The notes under the pieces: model-generated | Seen by the model: the letters and a program-made list of their open reading frames with translations, nothing else | Told to the model about the DNA's origin: nothing | Databases searched by the model: none | Shown: positions 10,531 to 14,966 of the stretch, one piece after another | How the letters are laid out: each line of letters opens with the position of its first letter | Position numbering within the stretch: the first letter of the stretch is position 1 | Made by a program: the position numbers and the translations under genes | Source of the DNA: Leptolyngbyaceae cyanobacterium RU_5_1 | Lineage (GTDB): Bacteria > Cyanobacteriota > Cyanobacteriia > Leptolyngbyales > Leptolyngbyaceae | Direction of reading: 5' to 3' | NCBI GenBank assembly: GCA_012034055.1 | Contig: JAAUSG010000128.1 | Coordinates: 1-14,966, forward strand | Length of the DNA: 14,966 nt

Positions 10531-10741
10531 TGCTGGATAACTCCGGAGTCCAGGGTGTTATCCGTCAAAAATGCTGGATAACACCCCCTATTTCCAGACT
10601 TAACCTGCAAATCTGCCGGATAACATCTCAAAAGTCGGACTTAACCCGCAATTTTTTGGTTTAAATCCTGAAAACTTGGGGATTATCCAGCAAATGTGCA
10701 ATACAACCGTGGAAATCGAGGATGTTATCCAGCAGATTTGC
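10531..10741. repeat. Array of TGCYGGATAAC motifs: three direct copies followed by two inverted copies, including a 21-bp inverted repeat with 1 mismatch
   Basis: TGCTGGATAAC at 10531 and 10572, TGCCGGATAAC at 10614; inverted ATTATCCAGCA at 10682 and GTTATCCAGCA at 10724. GCAAATCTGCCGGATAACATC (10607-10627) versus GATGTTATCCAGCAGATTTGC (10721-10741) is an inverted repeat matching at 20/21. GTGTTATCC (10555-10563) and GGATAACAC (10576-10584) form a perfect dyad. Confidence 0.8.
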
Positions 10742-10870
10742 CACTGATTACCTAGTTATGCGGCTTCAAGTTATTTGTGAAGGCAATACATCCAGGTTGT
10801 CTAGCTGAGTTCACAGCCTCAGGATGTTATCAGTCAGTAACAGCAGGTAAAGTTGATAAGGAGCTAAGTA

Positions 10871-11680
10871 TTGAGCTTTATGCAACCAATTCAAGCCGAT
10901 CAACTCATACCGCTCTCGATTTCAGACAGATTTCAATTGATTGAAGAGTATGCAAAATTGGTTACTGTACCTGCTGAATTGAACTCCGATCTACATCGTG
11001 CTTACCAGATTGCAGCCGTACTCACACCAGCCTTACCTAACTTTATCCAATACCAGATTCAAGTAGATATTTCTCACGGATCTATTTTTGAGGGGGATCG
11101 CCAATCTACAGCGATTTCAAATGAGTGTGAACAGTTTGCAAATCGCTTTATCGACACCATCCCATCATTAGTCAGATCTCCAGCAGAAATGGAAGTCAAC
11201 CCACGTAATCTTTACGAACTGTGCGGAGCCGCAGTCTTTGTTGAAAGCAATTCAATCTCCAGACAGTTAAGTAGACCGATGGGAGATCTTTGGGAGACAA
11301 TCGCTAACATTAGTCCCTATGCGATCAGCCCAGAAAAAGACTTTGGGATCAAAATTACGGGTATTGATTCAGTTCTTCTGCGTCAAGGAAAAGGTGCCCC
11401 TGTATTTGTACAAATCAAAACACAGCGGAATACCCTCACAGGAAGTCAAGCACCGAGATCAAGAAGTGAGCTAGAATTTCATCAGAATCGACTTTTCGCA
11501 GCCGCTTTTTGTACAGGAGGTAATTGGACGTTCTCAAGCACAAGTATTCGCCGCGCTTGTGGTGCTGAATTTTGGTCTATGGTAGGACTTGATTATGAGT
11601 TACTGAAGTTTCATGTAAAGCAGATGATACTCAAAATTCAAGCCGCTTACATAGACTTTCAACAGAAGACTCCCTTGTGA
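10871..11680 (+). CDS. Putative Type II restriction endonuclease paired with the adjacent cytosine methyltransferase
   Basis: 269-aa ORF next to, and convergent with, a C5-MTase. GIDSVLLRQGKGAPVFVQIKTQRNTLTG could be a D...QxK variant of a PD-(D/E)XK core. AAGGAG at 10857-10862 sits 8 nt before TTG 10871. Confidence 0.6.
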   Translation: MSFMQPIQADQLIPLSISDRFQLIEEYAKLVTVPAELNSDLHRAYQIAAVLTPALPNFIQYQIQVDISHGSIFEGDRQSTAISNECEQFANRFIDTIPSLVRSPAEMEVNPRNLYELCGAAVFVESNSISRQLSRPMGDLWETIANISPYAISPEKDFGIKITGIDSVLLRQGKGAPVFVQIKTQRNTLTGSQAPRSRSELEFHQNRLFAAAFCTGGNWTFSSTSIRRACGAEFWSMVGLDYELLKFHVKQMILKIQAAYIDFQQKTPL

Positions 11681-11699
11681 CAGGAATAAAAAAATTGCT

Positions 11700-13130
11700 T
11701 TATATCAGAGATAGGGACAGTTGTTTTATGGAACTAGAATGGGAGTTTTCTAAAACATCTATTTCCCAACTAATATCATTAGTCTTTAGATATCGAGAGT
11801 AGGGAAAATCCTTAAAAACAATTGGCTCCACCCCGTTCAAGTGGTTTACTAACGTCCTACCAATTGCCCGACCAAGAGAACAAGGGACGGCATTGCCAAC
11901 CTGTCGATATTGATCAAGCAGACTACCCTCAATAATCCAATCATCAGGGAATTCTTGTATACGTTTATACTCCTGAATACTAAGAGGTCGATCCTCTTCT
12001 GGATGTGCTAAATCTGTTGCAGGCATTGCTGGGTGAGTAACGAGTGTAGGAGAAGGTTTATCCCAAGCTAATCTCCGATAAAAACCTGTTTTTCCACCTC
12101 CGGCATGATATGACGCTCCTAATGCCTCTTGTTGCAAGTTCACCGGTAGATCACGCCAGTATTGCCCAGGCTTGAGAAGTCGATAATATTTGAGGCGCTT
12201 ATCTGGAAATTTAACAAAATTGTGTCGATCTTTCGGCAGTCCTGTCAGTGCATCTCTGAGGGTCTTCCACTTCGGTAGTTCATATAAGCCTTTCTCAGAA
12301 TGAGTAGGCGTGAGGTAGGGGAGCCTTTCTCCATCTCGACTACAAATAATAACGACTCTTTCTCGTTGCTGAGGTGAGCCAAAATTAGCTGAATTGTATA
12401 GGTTGAAAGACACACCATAACCTGCATCTTTCAACTTACGAATGATGTTGAGAAGTGCTCCTCCTCTTTGTTCTTCCTGAGAAAGTGGTGGATATTGACT
12501 TCCTCTCATTTCATGGGGTCTGTGCTTTAACGGAGCAGATAATAACCCTCGGACGTTTTCGATAATTGCAAATTTAGGTCTGAGTTCAATAATCAAATCG
12601 ACAAACATTAGAAATACATTGCCCCGCTCATCATTGAAACCTTGTCTCTTACCAGCACTACTAAAAGCTTGGCATGGTGGACCACCAACCATTACATCAA
12701 TATCTTCTTGAGGTGTTAGTCCTGCTTTTTCTCTGATCTTGCTAGCTGAATAGTCTCTGATATCGCCAATTAGAGCGATATCAGGTTTATTCGTTTCGAT
12801 TGTCCTTCGTGCTGCTTTATCTACTTCGCAAGCAAGGATTACTTCAATTCCTTCTTTTTCCAGCCCCAAATCAAGTCCCATGCAGCCAGAAAAGAAGCTT
12901 AACGCCTTCAAAGTAGGTTTGCTAGAAGACCGTCTCTCATGATCTGGAACAACAGAATCTGGTTCATTTTCTTTATAGCGATATTCATTAGCCGATTTTG
13001 ATGCGATCACCCATCTATTACTGACCAATTCTCCGCTGAGTTCACCACTCCTAAGCAGCTTGCGAACATATTGTTCTGAATAACCAAGCATTTCAGAGGT
13101 TTCTTTTACAGAAAAATATCCTGTGGACAT
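11700..13130 (-). CDS. DNA (cytosine-5-)-methyltransferase with N-terminal excisionase/MerR-like helix-turn-helix domain
   Basis: C5-MTase motifs: I ALSFFSGCMGLDLGLE, IV VGGPPCQAFSSAG, VI FAIIENVRGLL, VIII QQRERVVIIC, IX PSPTLVTHPA, X QYRQVGNAVP. N-terminal MSTGYFSVKETSEMLGYSEQYVRKLLRSGELSGELVSNRWVI is an HTH_17/excisionase-type domain. ATG 13130 is preferred over the 13193 start in the track. Confidence 0.93.
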   Translation of the reverse strand: MSTGYFSVKETSEMLGYSEQYVRKLLRSGELSGELVSNRWVIASKSANEYRYKENEPDSVVPDHERRSSSKPTLKALSFFSGCMGLDLGLEKEGIEVILACEVDKAARRTIETNKPDIALIGDIRDYSASKIREKAGLTPQEDIDVMVGGPPCQAFSSAGKRQGFNDERGNVFLMFVDLIIELRPKFAIIENVRGLLSAPLKHRPHEMRGSQYPPLSQEEQRGGALLNIIRKLKDAGYGVSFNLYNSANFGSPQQRERVVIICSRDGERLPYLTPTHSEKGLYELPKWKTLRDALTGLPKDRHNFVKFPDKRLKYYRLLKPGQYWRDLPVNLQQEALGASYHAGGGKTGFYRRLAWDKPSPTLVTHPAMPATDLAHPEEDRPLSIQEYKRIQEFPDDWIIEGSLLDQYRQVGNAVPCSLGRAIGRTLVNHLNGVEPIVFKDFPYSRYLKTNDISWEIDVLENSHSSSIKQLSLSLI

Positions 13131-13131
13131 G

Positions 13132-13149
13132 AGTTTCGCCTGCGAAACT
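13132..13149. promoter_or_regulatory. Palindrome overlapping the methyltransferase ribosome-binding region; candidate operator or RBS-occluding hairpin
   Basis: AGTTTCGC-CT-GCGAAACT: 8-bp perfect arms with a 2-nt spacer, immediately 5' of the predicted ATG (complement at 13128-13130). Confidence 0.45.
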
Positions 13150-13192
13150 AGAATTAGGTACCCTACCCTAAGACAAGTACAGTTGTTTTGCA

Positions 13193-13226
13193 AGTCCTAT
13201 AAGCTTCTGAGTCCTATAAGCTTCTG
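13193..13226. repeat. Perfect 17-bp tandem duplication upstream of the methyltransferase
   Basis: AGTCCTATAAGCTTCTG at 13193-13209 and again at 13210-13226, with no spacer. Confidence 0.8.
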
Positions 13227-13263
13227 TGTTAGTGCTATAGTTTCCCAAATGCCGACAGCCGTA

Positions 13264-13870
13264 TAATCGGGTAACCGGGGGATTTTCTCCCTCAGTCCCC
13301 ACAGCACCCCACGTGCGGATCCGCATGGGGCGCTTCCTCAAAGAGGTTTAGACAATTCAGTTCCGAAGCACTGATGTCCAGGGTTGGCTACACAATTAAG
13401 CGCCGACCATTCAGCTCCCCCGTCCAGGTTCATCGCCCCGTCGAGCTTTGCGGCTCCTCCCTGCTCTTTGAAGTTCAGCCCTTCACCTTGTTTCATCCTT
13501 ACGATGAGCGTTTGGCTACTCTGGCCTCTGCTGACTTCTGCTCAATCATGACTGGCGTTGCCACCCTTCACGCTGCCTGTATTCCCCTAGGGTTCTGTGG
13601 GGTGTCGATTCGTTTCCAAATCGCCCTCAGTCCGACTCCCATAGGTTCACAGACCGCCTCTTGAGCAGATCTCCCCAGATCACCGTGAACTGTCGCTGCA
13701 CAACCGCGTCATTTACTGTGTCCCTTGAACCAAAAGGCTTTGTGATGTTGTGCTCACTTGCCACAGGGATCTCAGCCTGCTATGACATTTCTGTCCGTCG
13801 GCTCGCAGCTTTGCCGCCAGCTTCCTGCAGACCCTTCCTCGCGGAAACGCCCTTGCCTTAAGCTAGTCGT
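13264..13870 (-). ncRNA. ORF-less group II intron (reverse transcriptase deleted), 5' end uncertain or possibly truncated
   Basis: Domain V at 13303-13334 (minus strand): AGCGCCCCATGCGGATCCGCACGTGGGGTGCT, with the AGC start and the characteristic 2-nt bulge in CGCACGT. It is followed by a DVI-like stem and the 3' end ...GGTTACCCGAT. Upstream on the minus strand are segments resembling cyanobacterial group II introns: GGCAAGGGCGTTTCCGCGAGGAAGGGTCTGCAGGAAGCTGGCGGCAAAGCTGCGAGCC, CTGGGGAGATCTGC, GGGTGGCAACGCCAGTCATGATTGAGCAGAAGTCAGCAGAGG. No RT motifs are found in any frame. Confidence 0.75.
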
Positions 13871-14213
13871 TATCGTCACTCGATTTTTCGATCATTTGGA
13901 CATGGCGTGAATATCCCGATAGTTGAAATGTAGTTGTTTGCATATGAACTTACGGCTGCTGCTGCCGGAAGCGTTCAGGCCGTGCGCGCCGACCTCCGCT
14001 GATGTGAGCGCCGCCTGCCGGCCCTATTGGAGGCAAAATGCCGCTGCGTATCACAATTTTGTGACAGCGCAGATACGATCATGCCGCCCGACCGCAACGA
14101 CGCGTGCGGACGCATCGCCATGCTGGTCGCGATCCTTTCGCCGTCGGCCGTTTCGTGCATAGTCTGGCGCAAGCGCACTATCACCACGGAATCGAGGAAG
14201 ACGGGCCAGCGAA

Positions 14214-14579
14214 ATGTGGAACCTGTTCAACCAGCGCCGCGAATTGGATGCGGAGGTCTTCGCGAAGCTGCGTCCGGGCGACCTGTTCGGCAGCGAACAG
14301 CAGGCGACGCGGCGGCCGGAGTATCTCGTACGGTATCTCGTGCTGGCGAATGCGTCGGTGCTCACATTCTTCGCCGTCGTGCTGTCCCGCGTGGGCGCCG
14401 AGTTGCCGGCATACCCGGACATCTATGCCGCCGTGTGGCTGACCGGCGTCGGTATCGCGATCGCGGCGGGCGCGTGGACGCTGATGAAGCTCTCGCGCCG
14501 GGGTCGAAGCCCAGGCGCTCGCTCACGGCACCGGCGGCATGTGCGTCCGAGCTGTCGCCGGCGGTGCGAACCCTCATGA
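14214..14579 (+). CDS. Hypothetical small membrane protein in high-GC DNA; C-terminus possibly frameshifted
   Basis: MWNLFNQRRELDAEVFAKLRPGDLFGSEQQATRRPEYLVRYLVLANASVLTFFAVVLSRVGAELPAYPDIYAAVWLTGVGIAIAAGAWTLMKL has two plausible TM segments and GC-rich third positions. After ~14495 it becomes Arg-rich and implausible. Confidence 0.4.
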   Translation: MWNLFNQRRELDAEVFAKLRPGDLFGSEQQATRRPEYLVRYLVLANASVLTFFAVVLSRVGAELPAYPDIYAAVWLTGVGIAIAAGAWTLMKLSRRGRSPGARSRHRRHVRPSCRRRCEPS

Positions 14580-14686
14580 AGAAGGCGGCGGTCAAGAAGC
14601 TCCTCGCCATCCGCATCCTGATCGTCTCGGCGTTGTCCGGCTTTATCGGCTTCTATCTCGGCCTCAAGGGCCTGTTCCTGCTTTAG
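14576..14686 (+). CDS. Possible small single-TM protein, or the C-terminus of the preceding gene after a frameshift
   Basis: MKKAAVKKLLAIRILIVSALSGFIGFYLGLKGLFLL* at the 3' end of ORF 14027..14686. ATG at 14576 and codon usage fit high-GC DNA. Confidence 0.3.
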   Translation: MKKAAVKKLLAIRILIVSALSGFIGFYLGLKGLFLL

Positions 14687-14690
14687 CCCG

Positions 14691-14966
14691 TCATTCGCGG
14701 AGCCAGCGCCGGCAGGCCTCGATCAAGGCTGCAGGATCGCCGTCTTCGGCGAGGTCGAGGGCGCGAGGCCGCCCACGCAAGACCGTCGCGCCCGACTGGG
14801 CAGCGATGTCGCTGACCGCCTCGAAGGACGGCCCGTCGTAGCGAATGATCTCTAGCCCCTGGCGGAGCGCGGCCAGCGCGTGCCCGGCATGGCGCCGCAG
14901 TCGAGCACGCCCTCGATCGCCGCGTCGGGATGATCTTCGGCGCCATGCGGAGGACGGCCTGGAACC
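14691..14966 (-). CDS. Partial hypothetical protein of high-GC origin, apparently frameshifted near 14880
   Basis: Minus-strand translation gives ...HAGHALAALRQGLEIIRYDGPSFEAVSDIAAQSGATVLRGRPRALDLAEDGDPAALIEACRRWLRE* (stop 14691-14693). The neighbouring frame upstream reads VPGRPPHGAEDHPDAAIEGVLDCGAMPG. Together they read as one protein with a single-nt indel. Confidence 0.4.
   Translation of the reverse strand, partial: GSRPSSAWRRRSSRRGDRGRARLRRHAGHALAALRQGLEIIRYDGPSFEAVSDIAAQSGATVLRGRPRALDLAEDGDPAALIEACRRWLRE

Noticed and set aside
10531-10741. CRISPR array interpretation of the repeats
   Set aside because: Repeats are only ~11 bp, change orientation, have just five copies, and no cas genes are present.
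12245-12427. 60-aa plus-strand ORF inside the MTase
   Set aside because: Antisense to conserved MTase catalytic motifs and without independent coding evidence.
13374-13664. 96-aa plus-strand ORF MSRVGYTIKRRPFSSPVQVHRPVELCG...
   Set aside because: It lies antisense to the group II intron RNA. Similar 'hypothetical proteins' are commonly mis-annotated on the reverse strand of such introns.
14027-14686. 219-aa ORF in high-GC region as one protein
   Set aside because: The translation is disordered and Arg/Pro/Ser-rich until the last ~36 residues. The overlapping 14214 frame looks more protein-like, so only the C-terminal segment is retained tentatively.
14683-14946. 87-aa Arg-rich minus-strand ORF
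   Set aside because: RPRPRRRRRSCSL-type composition is a GC-rich shadow frame. An adjacent minus frame (LAALRQGLEIIRYDGPSFEAVSDIAAQSGATVL) is much more plausible.

Overview
This window appears to be a low-quality or mosaic cyanobacterial contig. From about 1 to 10.4 kb it carries ordinary cyanobacterial genes with frequent HIP1 octamers (GCGATCGC). These are a 5'-truncated subtilase with a P-domain-like C-terminus, an Slt-type lytic transglycosylase (one frameshift), leucyl aminopeptidase pepA, purD, a DUF3110-type protein, a DUF255/YyaL-type thioredoxin-fold protein (two frameshifts), a small conserved hypothetical and a VapC-like PIN-toxin remnant. From about 10.5 to 13.2 kb is an accessory island. 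It holds an unusual array of TGCYGGATAAC motifs in direct (41/42-bp period) and inverted (42-bp period) orientation. Next to it is a candidate Type II restriction-modification module made of convergent genes: a putative restriction endonuclease (TTG start) and a C5-cytosine methyltransferase with an N-terminal excisionase/MerR-type HTH. A palindrome overlaps the methyltransferase ribosome-binding region and a perfect 17-bp tandem repeat lies upstream. At about 13.26-13.87 kb, on the minus strand, is an ORF-less (reverse transcriptase deleted) group II intron with a recognisable but variant domain V. After about 13.93 kb the sequence changes abruptly to high-GC, proteobacteria-like DNA. The junction lies beside the intron, so either real insertion or chimeric assembly is possible. 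Frameshifts on both sides argue for residual indel errors. The most interesting parts are the R-M module with its putative control elements, the GGATAAC array, and the ORF-less intron.
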